Assembly (NCBI GenBank): GCA_965655095.1 | Contig: OZ296654.1 | Coordinates: 28,272,001-28,336,000, forward strand | Direction of reading: 5' to 3' | Origin: Haplodiscus bocki | Lineage: Eukaryota | DNA: 64,000 bases | Part shown: positions 51,814 to 64,000 of the stretch, piece after piece | Numbering within the stretch: the first letter of the stretch is position 1 | How the letters are laid out: each line of letters begins with the position of its first letter | The notes under the pieces: generated by a model | Seen by the model: the letters and a program-made list of their open reading frames with translations, nothing else | Told to the model about the DNA's origin: nothing | The model's database searches: none | Program-made: the position numbers and the translations under genes

Positions 51814-54160
51814 GCGGCCATCTAATGATTAAGGTGAATGCTGGTGAAAACAGTTGCTTTTGGTTGGTTCTATTTTCCAATTCCGTTTGAAGAAAAACAT
51901 TTTTCGCAAATCGTTGTCATAAAGATATGCTTAGTAGTTTTGCGAGCCATTTATGTCAATGGACAATAAGTTGATGCAGTTTCGCGCCTTTTGGTAGCGA
52001 ATGTGAAGCGCAGCTTCGACTCTGCGTTACACTTGCCAGTTGAGCTCAACGGGCTACGCACGTGTATAACGGTCCACGAGTACTCTTTTCCCATCTGTTC
52101 ACAACTTGATTTTCAGCAAAACTTCAAAAAAACATGAGATCTGAAGTTTCAAGATTTGTGTGAAGTTGGAACCAGATTTCAGGTGATTCCGCCATCTGCT
52201 CACCAGGGTTGCAAATTTTACTTCAACAGAGATTGCAAAAAAGCAGGTTTTTTTCGAAATAATTGCTGAGTTGTGGTCCAAATTAAACTTTTTTTAGAAC
52301 TTATCGATATGATTGCTGTAAATTTTGGATGTTAAAAGAACGGAATAAAACGAAATTTTGTTTTTCTCTGAGGATTGCATTTTTCTAGAAGTATCTTCAG
52401 GTGTAATTTGAAGTTGAATATTTTTTTTTAATTCTGCTGTGCATTAAAATTGATTATCTCAATGTTTATTTGCCATAGTGGGTCCATTTATCACTGAATC
52501 TTCTGCGGACAACTTCAATGTTAAGCTGAATTGCATCCATGGGCTATTTTTTGTTTGCATTGTGAAAAACGTGGACTTGACTATCAAAAATTAAAGTTGT
52601 TTACGATTGCTCTGTTTGTTTTGCCTACCGAGTAGGGGCCGAATTGGGCCAATTTCAAATTTATTCAACTACTCATGGCCTGAGGGTTCTGGGAAAGAGC
52701 TTTAGTTGTCTGTTTTTTAAGCGAGAACCCTTAGTCCTTTGGAAAAACGAAGATGTTTTTTTTCTGTTTTTGTTGAAATAATTTTTCTCAGCAACTAGCT
52801 GGTCCTATTGTGTCCACTGAAAAATAATTCAACTACTCGCAGTCGAGAGAGCGTGCAATGTATTTTCATCGGTCCGTTTTTTTTTCATTTTTACTTGCAT
52901 TTTTCATTTTTCATGTGTACTTGAAATATTGATCATCTTTCGACTGGCATTGTTCGTTAAAACTGTTTTGCTTGATGAATAAATGTCTGACTGGATCATT
53001 CTAACGTTGTTTTAACTAATTAAGCCCAAAAGTATCCGCTGCAGAGTTGGAGGGTGATTTTTTAAAGTTTCTGCCGGAAACAATTTATTTTGTAATCGGG
53101 AAATATACGATATCTATATTTTCATTGCTGAAGAAAACTATTTTATGCAATTGTCAATGGTCAGATTGCCTTTTTTCTAACTTTTTGAAGTACTAATGGC
53201 CGGGACTTTCGATTTTAAACCACGGATTATGATTTTAGACTTGTAATTCACTTTGTAACACTGACTTGTAATTCTAAAAGTGATGATGTCTTTACTTGCG
53301 TTGTTCGTCACAGCGGTTTTGTGAAGGACTTGTGGTCGGACGAGTTGCAAACTTGTTGGACTCACTGAACTACTCGTTGCTTGTTGCGTTTATAGAGTTG
53401 CTTGGATGGAAAAATATAAAAGTGTACTCCAACAATTGTCGACTTCCTTTCAAAAATTGAGGCTTGATCTAATAGGTTTTTCGATAAAAACTGTTTTTCG
53501 CAGTGAAAGACAATCTGAATGCGTTCATCTTTTGCGTTTCAAAAAATACTCACCAGCTTGCAGTTTTGTTAGGCAGCAGGAACTGTCTATCCTGTTCTTT
53601 AATTACAAAAAATTGTAAGTTGATGTGACCTGAAAGATGCTAGTGTTTTTTTGTATTGATTGCTCAAACGTCTTTTTCCTCATAACTAGTCGTTAAATTT
53701 TGCCATCCACAGCCATTTCGAAAATTCCATTGTTTGAGGTCTTATAAGGTAGCAAGTATGGTCTGTTCTCACTTTTTTAAGGAAGGTGTCTGACACGTTT
53801 TTATAAAATGAGCGAGTTTCAACTTGTCTTCATAAAAACCATTGATTTTTTAACGGAATTGAATCGTGAGCGAAATTAGACCACAAGCGTCAATCCAGGC
53901 AAAAGTATCAAAATATTTCGTCATTTGTGGTCTAGCGGGAAGAAATGTGTGACAATTGTACCAGAGTTTGTGATTTCGGATCGGAGTTCGCTTTTTTGTT
54001 TTGATGCAAGTGTTTCTTTCTTTTAATTCATTTTCAGCAAAGCAGAAACATGCCATAATTACAATTGTGCAAGCAAATATTTTTCTTAAGTTTTCTGTGA
54101 TGTTTTTGATCCATTGTCAACTTAAAAAAAATGAACAATATTTTGCAAAATAAACTGATA

Positions 54161-54226
54161 TGTTCCGGATCGAACCTGAAAGCAATCGCTCCCTAATCGA
54201 ATGCTCAACCAACTCAGTTCATCGGC
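54161..54226 (-). pseudogene. tRNA-like sequence (tRNA pseudogene or SINE head)
   Basis: Reverse complement gccgatgaactgagttggttgagca...caggttcgatccgg has A-box-like and B-box (GGTTCGATCC) motifs; stems are imperfect. Confidence 0.55.
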
Positions 54227-56069
54227 TTGAGCATTGACTGTGTTAACGATAATGGGAACTAACAGCTGTAGCGTTTCGCAAATGTAATTAGAGATCTAAG
54301 AAGCAACTTACTTTTTGGACGAAGAGTTCTATTTCAATTCACTTGGTCAATCAATTGTACTCGCATTGACGTGGTACCTTCAGAAAGTATTAAAATGTTC
54401 CACTTTATTTATTAGTACGTACACTACTATTCCTCTGATGCAATTGGTTTGAACAGAAGCTCCACTTTCTTGTAGATAAGTGTCTGCCTTTATTTGTTTT
54501 ATCTGTTTCATTGCGGCCCAAAGCAAAGTTAGTTTTGTCAAAAATCACCGAGACGCTGATTAATCATACATTATTCATTTACTATTGAAGGAACTACTAT
54601 AATCTGATTTTTGGTGCTATGGCAAAGGGTAACAATCTCATGCTCGCCTGAAGGAAATACATCTACACAAACATCAAAATGCAAATAGCTTTTGTCCGAT
54701 TAACAATCCCATACTCTATCAATTATGTTTCATGCAGCAAACTATCAGAACCGATATAAAAGCCACTTTGATTAATTATTTCTTCCCTCACAATATCAGC
54801 ACAACAACTCACGAGGAACATTGGAAATTGATGCAAAGAGAAACACCAGTTGAGGAACCGAAACAACCTTCCACGAAAAAACTATTGAGACAATTTCACA
54901 TAAGCATGTACTCTAGAAGAACAGACTCAAATGACGTTTCACATAACTCCTTGTTCCGACCACAAAAGTGAACAACGAATTACGGGACGAAAGTAAAAAT
55001 GAATTTAACGATTTCTACGTTGCACACATCCCAATTCAACCAAGTGTACAGACGAATGAACAGGATTGAAACACATCAGATGATACATTGTTTCTCATGC
55101 CAGTAATTTGTGTACCGAATCACCCATAGGGACCTGTTATAGAAATTGAAAATCCGCGAGGAGCATTCACTAACCAACGTAATCGAAATTTTGTGAGCTT
55201 TATGAACGATTACAAAAAAAGTCTAAAATGAATGAGTTCTGAAAAAAATCAACATGAAAACTCTATCGTGGTGTCAAAATTCCGGCGTCGAGTAAAGCTT
55301 ACTTCAAAACTTATATTTGTCTTTCGGTGCCTTCCATAAGAAAAGCGTTAGTTCGGCGATTAATAACACAAACACCTCCGTTGTTGAAAAAAACGTTTTC
55401 CCATTGCAGTCATTCCATCAAAACAGCACCAGTTCGTTATATAATTCATCTACGAGAACTGCCAATTTTGGGTATTGGAAAGTAATTGTGAACGCAAGTC
55501 AGCAGCTGCTGAAAAACCACATGGTTCATTATAAATAAACTCATTAAGAGACCATAACGAGGACCGAAAAACACAGTACCTAACCTTAGGTTATACGGCA
55601 CCCAAACCCTACGCCGTAACATCAATTATCTGGCCTAAAATTGACTTCGTAACAAATAATTTTTGCTGTTCTATACCGGCTGCCTCAAAGCAGTAAATCA
55701 AAGTACTCAAATAAAATCAGACTTAAAACCTGTCGACACTTGGATTTATCTCGCTGTCTATCTCATTTGAAGTCATGCCAAATTTTAGCAATTGATAGTG
55801 AAAATCTTTTTCTTTCGTCGCTACCCGATTCTTCTGGGTGGTGCAAACCAGCAAGTTCAACCAACTGACTAGTAGGTGTTCGACTCTCTTCAGGCAATTT
55901 TGTTTTCACTGGTGTAAACTTAGAATTGGAAAAAAAGCAGGCTCGCTACAAAATTACAAGGGCTGAAACAGTCGTTGGGAGGACTCAGTGAAAAAAGTTC
56001 TGTTGGCTCGGCAGTAGGGAACTTGATGTGTGAACGATCAAGATTGTCTTGTCAACGTTATCATATGGT

Positions 56070-56575
56070 AGTAGTTGAAGATTGAGCCGACCAGACGGGG
56101 GTGTGGAGGCCCCTATCTGTTAAGATAGGCTATAGCGAGCCGACTCGAGCCGAGAGCCGACAAGGGACCTCCACGCTAGCCGAGAGGTTTCGGGCGACGT
56201 GATACTCGATTCTGATTGGCTGACAACTAGGGCGACGTAATACTCAATTCTGATTGGCTGACGAAGTTGAAGGGTTTTTTCGTGCTCGATTCTGATTCGC
56301 TAACGAAGTAGGAGGGTCCTTCGTGCTGGATTCTGATTGGTTGACGATAATTGTTTGATTCTGGACACGAGCCGAGTGTGTGCGACAAGGTATAAAGATA
56401 GGCAAGGGGCTGAATGACTCATTTTCGGTACCGTGAGACTTTTTCGAGAATGTTTTTTTGAACTTTTTCCAGGGCCCCCGCGCGGATAAATATTACGGCG
56501 CGGACCAATTATGACGCTTGCGGTTAATTTCTACGCCTGCGGCTACTCTTTTAACTTAATGCAATGTGAGGACGA
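56070..56575 (+). repeat. Polinton-type terminal region (AGTAGT start) related to the TIRs of relic A
   Basis: AGTAGTTGAAGATTGAGCCGA..GGGGGTGTGGAG..TTAAGATAGGCTATA; four TTCTGATT(G/C)G repeats; 56422-56505 matches 8151-8232. Confidence 0.7.
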
Positions 56576-58455
56576 ACTTCGGCAATGTATTAAGATAGTG
56601 TATAGTTCGATATTGTATTAAGATGGAGTATAATTTGGAAATGTATTAAGATAGGGTAGAATTTGGTAATGTATTAAAGTAGGGTCTAGATCGGTAATAC
56701 ATTAAGATAGAGTTTAGTTCGGTAATGTAAAAAGATAGGGTATAGTTCGATAATAGAATAAGATAGGGTATAGTTCGGTAATGTATTAAGATTGGTTATA
56801 GCTCGGTAATGTATTAAGATAGGGTATAGTTCGATAACGTAACAAGATAGGGCATACTTCGGTAATGTTTTACGATAGGGTATAGTTCGGTAAGGTAATA
56901 AGATAGGGCATAAAACAATAATCTTTTAGCATAGGGTACAGTTTGGTAATGTCTTAGGAATGGCTATAGCACGGTAATCTATTAAGATAAGGTAAGATTC
57001 AATAATGTGTTACGATAGGGTCTACTTCGGTGATGTATTAAGATAGGGTAAAAATTGGTAATGTATCAAGATAGACTATAGTTCGATAATCTATTAAGAT
57101 AGGGTATAACTCAGTAATGTGTTAAGGTGGGGTATAGTTCGGTAATGTTTTACGATAGGGTATAAATCGGTAAGATATTAAGATAGGGTATAGTTTTGTA
57201 ATGTATTAAGATGAGGTATAGTTCGGTAGTGTATTAGGATAGGCTTTAGTTCGGTAATGTATTAAGATAGGGTATAGTTCGGTACTGTATTATGATTGTT
57301 TTTAGCTCAGTAAGGTATTAAGATAGGGTATAGTTCGATAATGTAATAAGATAGGGTGTACTTCGGTAATATATTTCGATAGGGTTTAATTTGGTAACGT
57401 ATCAAGATAGGTTATAGTTCGATAATGTATTAAGATGGGGTAAAACTCGGTAATGTATTGAAATAGGGTGTAGTTCGGTAATGTTTTTAGGTAGGGTATG
57501 AATCGGTAATGTATTAAGACAGGGTATAATTTGGTAATGCATTAAGATGGGTTGTAGGTCAGTAATGGAATAAGATAGGGTACAATTTGGTAATGTATTA
57601 GGAGTGGCTAGAGCTCGGTAATGTAATAAGATAGGGTATAATTCGATAATGTATTAAGATAGGTTATAACTCATTAATGTGTTAAGGTGGAGCTTAGTTC
57701 GGTAATCTATTAAGACAGGGTATAATTCGGTAAGGTATTAAGATAGGGTATAGTTTTGTAATGTATTAAGATGGTGTATAGTTCGGTAATGTATTAAGAT
57801 AGGGTTTAGTTCGGTAATGTAATAAGATAAGGTATAGTTCGGTACTGTATTATGATTGTTTATAGCTCGGTATTGTTTTAAGATAGGGTATAGTTCAATA
57901 ATGTAATGAGATGGGGTATACTTCGGTAATGTAATAAGAAAGGTGTAATTTGGTAATGTGTTGAGATAGGTAGAATTTGGTAATGTATTAAAGTAGGGTC
58001 TAGTTCGTAATGTTTAGAGATAGGGTATAGTTCGGTGATGTATTAAGACAGGGTATAGTTAGGTAATGTATTAAAATTGGTTATAGCTCGGTAATGTTCT
58101 AAGATAGGGCATAATTCGGTAATGTATTAGGATAGGCTAAAGTTTGGTAATGTATCAAGATATGGTCTACTTCGATAATGTATTAAGATAGGGTATGCTT
58201 CAGTAATGTACTAAGATAGATTATACTTCGGTAATGTCTTAAGATGGGGCTGAGTTCGGTAATGTATTAAAATAAGATATCATTTGGTAATGTAAATAGA
58301 TGGGGTATAGTTCGATAATGTTTTAAGATTGATTTTAGCTCGGTAATGCAAAAAGATAGGGTATTGTTCGATAATGTATTAAGATAGGGTATACCTTGGT
58401 ATTGTGTTAGGATGGGGTTTAGTTTTCCAATCTATTAAGATAGGATATAGCTCGG
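56575..58455 (+). repeat. 28-bp tandem satellite, ~67 units
   Basis: Consensus TAAGATAGGGTATAGTTCGGTAATGTAT, head to tail, no spacers. Confidence 0.97.
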
Positions 58456-59759
58456 TTGCACCTGCGGAACAGTAATTTAGCAACAAACCTCAAACAAACG
58501 TAAACATTGTAGCAACTTGACTGAGGCAACGCAAAAGAAAATTGGTGAAAAGCTGCAGCCTGTGTTGTCTATTACAGAAAACACTATATGGAAAGACCAC
58601 AAAAGGAAAGACCAGCCTTTAAAAGGAAGACTAACCACGAAAAAAAAACTGCACGAGCTGTCAATCTTTTTCTTTTAAGCCTCAGGATACAGTTTTGACC
58701 TAATGTTATGTAGAACGATTGATTTTAAGTGCGAAAAAGTTAGTTGGAGAGAACAAATGCAAACAAAAACCTTGTATACCCTGCACATTTACATTGATGC
58801 AGACGATAGAAAATATGATTTTGCACTCATGCGCCTTTATTGTACGCCTGCATGTACTCATTTGCTATGTCAACACATGTTTGCAACCTCTTAATAACAG
58901 ATTTTGTTAAAAAGTCCGGATTTGAGTCTTGTTTCTGATCCTCGCAAGGTTTTGAGAGAGAAGCAAGGACGTCTGATAATAAAAAAAGATTGGGTTTTTA
59001 CTTCGCTGAACGTACAATGATGGAGCATCATATTAAATGTTGTGTACTGCAACATTTTACGTTCAATGAAAGCCGCATTTCTTCAACTAGAAAAAGCAAT
59101 GTTCACCAATGCAACTGTTGTTCTCATGTTTACCATCAACACTCCTGGTCCTTATACTCAGAGTAAACAATCAAAGACATTTCATGCCAAATCTTACTTG
59201 AAGGTAAAATGCGAGAAACTAAGTCTCTGATAAGGAAAAATGATTGTATGCGTGTTACAGATCTCAATCATGCAGTCAGACATTTATGCCAAGCAGTTGA
59301 CGTTTGTTCTAAAGTGCTGAAGGATTTTCATGACTATTGTCTCTTTAACATGACTGATCAATTAGTCGTGGGAATTGTGTTTAGTTGTTTCTGATTGAAA
59401 AACTACAAAAACATAGTTTTGCGCTACAAAATGACCAGTAAGCAATACTTTTGCGTCAAAAAGTCACTGAAATAATAAAAAATGGTTTCAATGCACAGCA
59501 ATGGATTCTGCACGACTGTTAGATACCATAACAAATTCGAAAAAGTTGACAGATAAACTGTGTTTTTTGAGGCTTCCTTTGGGTTCTTTCACCCAAGTCA
59601 TGGAGTTTGAAGACGAACAAGCATTCAAAATGTTCGAGACAGGAGTCTTAATTTGAAAATCAGAGAACATGAAGCCATATCAACTACTTTTTACTTGGGT
59701 AGCAATATGCTTAAAGCTAAATGATGAGCTCATCTGTCTCGCGGCTTATCCAAAACGAA

Positions 59760-60430
59760 TGCCGAGTAATGCCGACGGCATATGCAGGAAGGTAGGCTAA
59801 ATGTTGAGGGGACCGGCTCCACAGGCTATCATATTACATTGTGGAACAAAATTGGCTAATATCGGACCTTCTAAAACATTGACGGGCTCATACACTCATT
59901 TTTTTGCCAAAATGCCAACCCTAACTAAATTCCTTGACTCGGAAACCCAAATTCAAAGCACATATTTTTATATTACCGAAGTACACCCTGTTCTTATACA
60001 TTGGTTCGTAGTGTACGGTATCCTTTTACTTCGCTGAAGTACAGCCTGTTTTGTTTTATTGTTGAGCCAATCACAACAATATTACACTGCTGAGCTATAC
60101 CCACTCCTAAAACATTGTCAACGTATACCCTCTTTTATCACATTGCAAAGCAAATCCCAATTTCAATATATTGCTGAGCTATACCCAACCCTAACACATT
60201 GTTTAGGTATACCCAACTTAATTACATTGCTGAGGTAAACCGTAACTCTTTATATTGCTGAGTTATATCCACTCCTAACACATCGTTGAGGTATAACCAG
60301 CATTGATACTTTGCTGAGGTTTACCCTATCTTAGTACATTGTCGAACTATGGCCGATCTTACTATACTGCTGTCAGTTTTCGCGAAACGTTGTCGAAAGC
60401 CAATCAGAATCGAATATTACGTCAATCAAT
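59760..60430 (-). repeat. Diverged inverted 28-bp array plus CCAAT-repeat head
   Basis: acattgctgagctataccc units; gccaatcagaatcgaatattacgtc at ~60399-60423 is the reverse complement of the 56.2-kb motif. Confidence 0.8.
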
Positions 60431-60999
60431 AGCACAATCAAAAATTGACCTGACAGAATTACAAACAAACAACCTAATACCTACATGTACTTTTATGGGC
60501 ACAAATTGAAGCCTTTGCCGTAAAAAAAATTCTGTGGACCAATCATCAAGTAACAGTTCCAGCGAGCTGATTCATGAGTATCAAATATGTAAAACCATTC
60601 CGTAAGTCGTTAGGAGCGAAAAACGATCAATATAGATCGAGAAAGGCTGGGAGTGACTACATCTTTAATTGTTATTTAAAAAAAACTGGACTTAACCTGT
60701 GACAGGAAACCACCTCCATAGATGGATAATAACCCGACCGCCTTCAACTACATAACTAAAAAGTAGTACAGTTTATGTTCTTACGGGTCAAAGTTAAAGA
60801 ATCCGGACACTCAAAAGAAGCTACAAAGATTAATGGGTAGATAACAAGGATGCAAATTGCATGAAGGTTGCTTTGTAACTTGTTACTTGCAAGAGAATAT
60901 TTTCCATCTTTCAGGTGAGGTTAAAAATTGAAAAACACCTAATTGTTGTCAACTAAAACTGCAGTCAAGTTTCAGGGGTCAATTGAGGAAAGTAAAGAA

Positions 61000-62700
61000 G
61001 TAAAGAGAGGTAAGTCTGGGAAGTTGTTGAGAAATTGGGACACTGAGTATAATGAAGCGTCCCAGTTGAACATCTCATATAACGTCGGAAAATGATTCTC
61101 CTAGTTTGTGTTCCACAAATTGCACGAGTAATTCTTTCGGAGCGTTTGACGGAAGACAGTTGAGTTTTAGTAGTATAAAAGAAGTTTCTGAATTAAACGT
61201 AAATTTCTAGAAACCTGACTCAAGCAGTGGAAAAGAAATAATGGCAAAAAAATTTAGCGAGTGTTACTCATTACTTTATATTAGATATGAAATGTCCAAA
61301 AAGGGAAAGAGTAACAACGAGAGGAGCTGTCAATCAATTTCTTTCAAACCGACTATATAAAATTAAAAACTAGTTACAAGCATGAAAGTGCTTGTCTGCG
61401 AAAGCAACTCAAGTGGAACAAGTTTCACTTTCATGGAGACAGACGGTCGGGGAAAAAATTCAAGGGGATTTACATCGCAGACAGTGTGTCTGAAAAAATC
61501 ACACCAGAGGAACAAAATCCTTTGTTAAGTCGACAAGTTGTCTGGAGGAATTACTCTGAACAAATGACTGAAAAACAAAACAGTGTTAAAACTTGCACCA
61601 AGTCCCCAAAATTGAAAACACCTCCCATTAATGGAAATCGTTGTAGCTTCGACCACAAAACGAAAAGTTGTCCAAAAAAAAGCAGGTATGAATCGGTTAA
61701 AATCATACAAAAGCAGGAACTTGGTACTCTGAAAAACCATTCTTTAAAAATTGTTCCCAACAACAGCAACTCGCTTCTTCCATCTACCAACGTACCAAAC
61801 CACTGGTGAAGTTTCTCAACATTACCTGCTCACAATCCGACTTCAGTGCTCAACTTTATCGAAATTGAATAAATTCTCCCTTTGCAGGAAGCAATGTGCA
61901 ACTACAATAAAACCCAAGTCTCTGCTTATGATCCTACAAATCTTGCAATTCATTCTACTTTGCGTCCAGAAGAAAATCTTATATCAAATTGTGGTCAGAA
62001 CATCAAACAGACTGTCTCTTTCGATGACATTGTGCAATTAATTGATGAAGAGAACAACGTGACCTATGTAGATTTTGATTGTGGTATTACTTTGTACCTT
62101 GAAACTCCTACAACAATCAGCCCGATCAACCGAAAAGGGACTTATATTTCCAGAACCTGTGAAAAACCCAAGTGTATTCCCAGCAACGATCAACATAACT
62201 AATGTTTTGATGAGCAGCATAGATCCAATACCTTTTTGAACCCGTACAATTTATGGGAGGTGGTTGCAGCAGCTCTTATGTCACTCAACCACATTAATGA
62301 TAGACACTCTATGTCCAATCAGTACCCTCAACCAACAATCCAACAATCTAGAACAGTCTCATATCCGGTGTTCTCTTCCTTGCGAACGATGGACAGTAAA
62401 AGAGGAATTGCGCGTGAGCTTTGCATTCTTTCGAAGAAATTACCTAACAGATGGACGAGTGGACGAAACAGTTGCCACGGTTGAAGAGTTGAGTGATCTC
62501 TGGAAACCCTGAGCAAGGGATGGATTTCCACCATTTGTGATGAACTGTATTTGTATTTGAAGGTACCTATTTGTTTCAGTTGTTTGATATCTATTGTATG
62601 CTAATGCAACATTTGTTTTTTTTTGAAAATTTACTTTTTCTGTCCCCTTTCTTTGATGAATTTGAGTTAGAAGTAAAATTTCATCGAAATCTTCTATGTA
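61000..62700 (+). mobile_element. Fragment homologous to the accessory region of Polinton A (12.3-13.4 kb)
   Basis: Shared gagctgtcaatca, agcatgaaa(a)gtgc and aactcaagtggaac blocks in the same order. Confidence 0.55.
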
Positions 62701-63419
62701 AGGTACGACTCCGTAAGGTAGCCGAAGCCACAACCTATCTTAGTACATTGCAGAAGTTCACCCTAGCGTAATACATAGCTGCGCAACCTCCTCAGCCACC
62801 ACTCTCTAAAACCTACTTCAATAATTGATCAGGTCGGTTCTCTGCCTGATCATAGGACATGACGTCATGATGAATGAGTCATTCAAATCAGACTAATTAT
62901 CTCGTACGTTGCAAACCTCTTAGTCTCTAGTAGAACCATGTTGAAAAGCATTCCTTATCTACGTATATCCATGAAGAAACTCGGATCGGATTGTTTTTCC
63001 AATCTAAAATCTGACGCATTTTAAATCTTTTATATCAAAATCTGGCTCGTTGTGAAATTTCTGTTTCAAAAACTAACACGTTAGAAAATTTCAATTCAAA
63101 ATCTGACAGGTTTTAGGACTTTTTCTCCGAAATTTGATTTTTATCTTGTTTCGCAGGTTCTGACTGAATGATGATTTGTTCTGTCAACGTTACAACCAAC
63201 CTATTGTAGAAAGGAGAAGTAGAATACAATGCGTGTTATAGATTTAGTCGCCAGATAAACAACTGAGAGCTGCCACACGTCAATTTGTCTCTGAATGTGA
63301 GGGTTAGCATTATGACAACACACAATTTTCACAGTAAAGACAGTCAGAACTCTGTGGAGCATAGAATGTAGCAGCTCAGCAGTTTTATTCAAAATACACT
63401 TTTGTCAAAAAGATTGGGA

Positions 63420-63910
63420 ACATCTCAGCAACGGAATAAGCTAAGGTATGCCCCAGCAATGTTATAAGGTGAAGAACAGCCCAGCAATGTAACAAGACAG
63501 GTAATACGTAAGCAATGTTTCAAAATTGGGAGCTTTTTAGCAATGTAATAAGAGAGGGTATACATCAGCAATGATTTAATGTTGGGACTAGTTCAGCATC
63601 GTAATGAGGCAATATATGACTCAGCAATGTTATGAGATTAGGAACAGCTCAGCAATATATTGAGACCGGGTGTACCTCAACAATGTGTTAAGATTCGGTA
63701 TAGCTCATCAATGCATCAAAATTGGAAATTTTTCAGCAATGTAATAAGATTGGCTTTACCTCAGCAATGTGTTAGGATTGGGTGTAGTCCAGCAATGTAT
63801 TAAGGTAGAGTGTACGATAACAATGTGCCAATGCTGGGTATATCTCGACAGAGTAATAAGGCAGCGTATACCTCAGCAGAGTAATAAGATAGCGTACACC
63901 CGAACCTTTG
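63420..63910 (+). repeat. Diverged 28-bp array (ctcagcaatg subfamily)
   Basis: cagcaatg(t/a)..taagat..g recurs every ~28 bp; short inverted units also at 62720-62780. Confidence 0.8.
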
Positions 63911-64000
63911 TATATTTCTGCAATGTAAAAGTGTATGGTATGGTTTTGGGTTTCCGAGTCCGTAACTTGAGATAACATTAAATATTAAGGTTTTGGCAAA

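Noticed and set aside
54161-54226. Functional tRNA
   Set aside because: Acceptor and anticodon stems do not pair properly; kept only as a pseudogene or SINE head.
56575-58455. CRISPR array
   Set aside because: Units are contiguous 28-mers with no unique spacers, there are no cas genes, and the context is eukaryotic.
59680-59688. TCAACTACT as the right terminus of the 56070 element
   Set aside because: The match stops at 9 bp, there is no TSD, and the same 9-mer occurs inside pPolB A.

Overview
AT-rich eukaryotic (probably invertebrate animal) DNA made almost entirely of decayed mobile elements. No convincing host gene, rRNA or CRISPR array was seen. From left to right: (1) a dead CR1/L2-type LINE on the minus strand (~0.6-4.5 kb) and MITEs; (2) Polinton/Maverick relic A (~7.88-21.94 kb) with pPolB on minus, minor capsid, ATPase, major capsid and a protease stub on plus, bounded by AGTAGT-type terminal inverted repeats (TIRs) that contain a 28-bp repeat; (3) two solo LTRs (22.0-24.4 kb), each carrying an ORF that runs out through the terminal CA; (4) Polinton relic B (~26.8-43.0 kb), fully pseudogenised but with a near-complete gene set: ATPase, minor and major capsid, protease, fibre-like protein, HNH-like nuclease, integrase, pPolB; (5) a 200-N gap; (6) a GC-rich, intron-containing, antisense hAT-transposase-like gene abutting the 3' part of an LTR retrotransposon (extra ORF, polypurine tract, 1.8-kb 3' LTR); (7) a 1.9-kb 28-bp satellite expanded inside a Polinton-type terminus, plus more Polinton-A-like fragments. 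All protein assignments come from reading motifs across frameshifts by eye, without database searches. Pseudogene boundaries are approximate.
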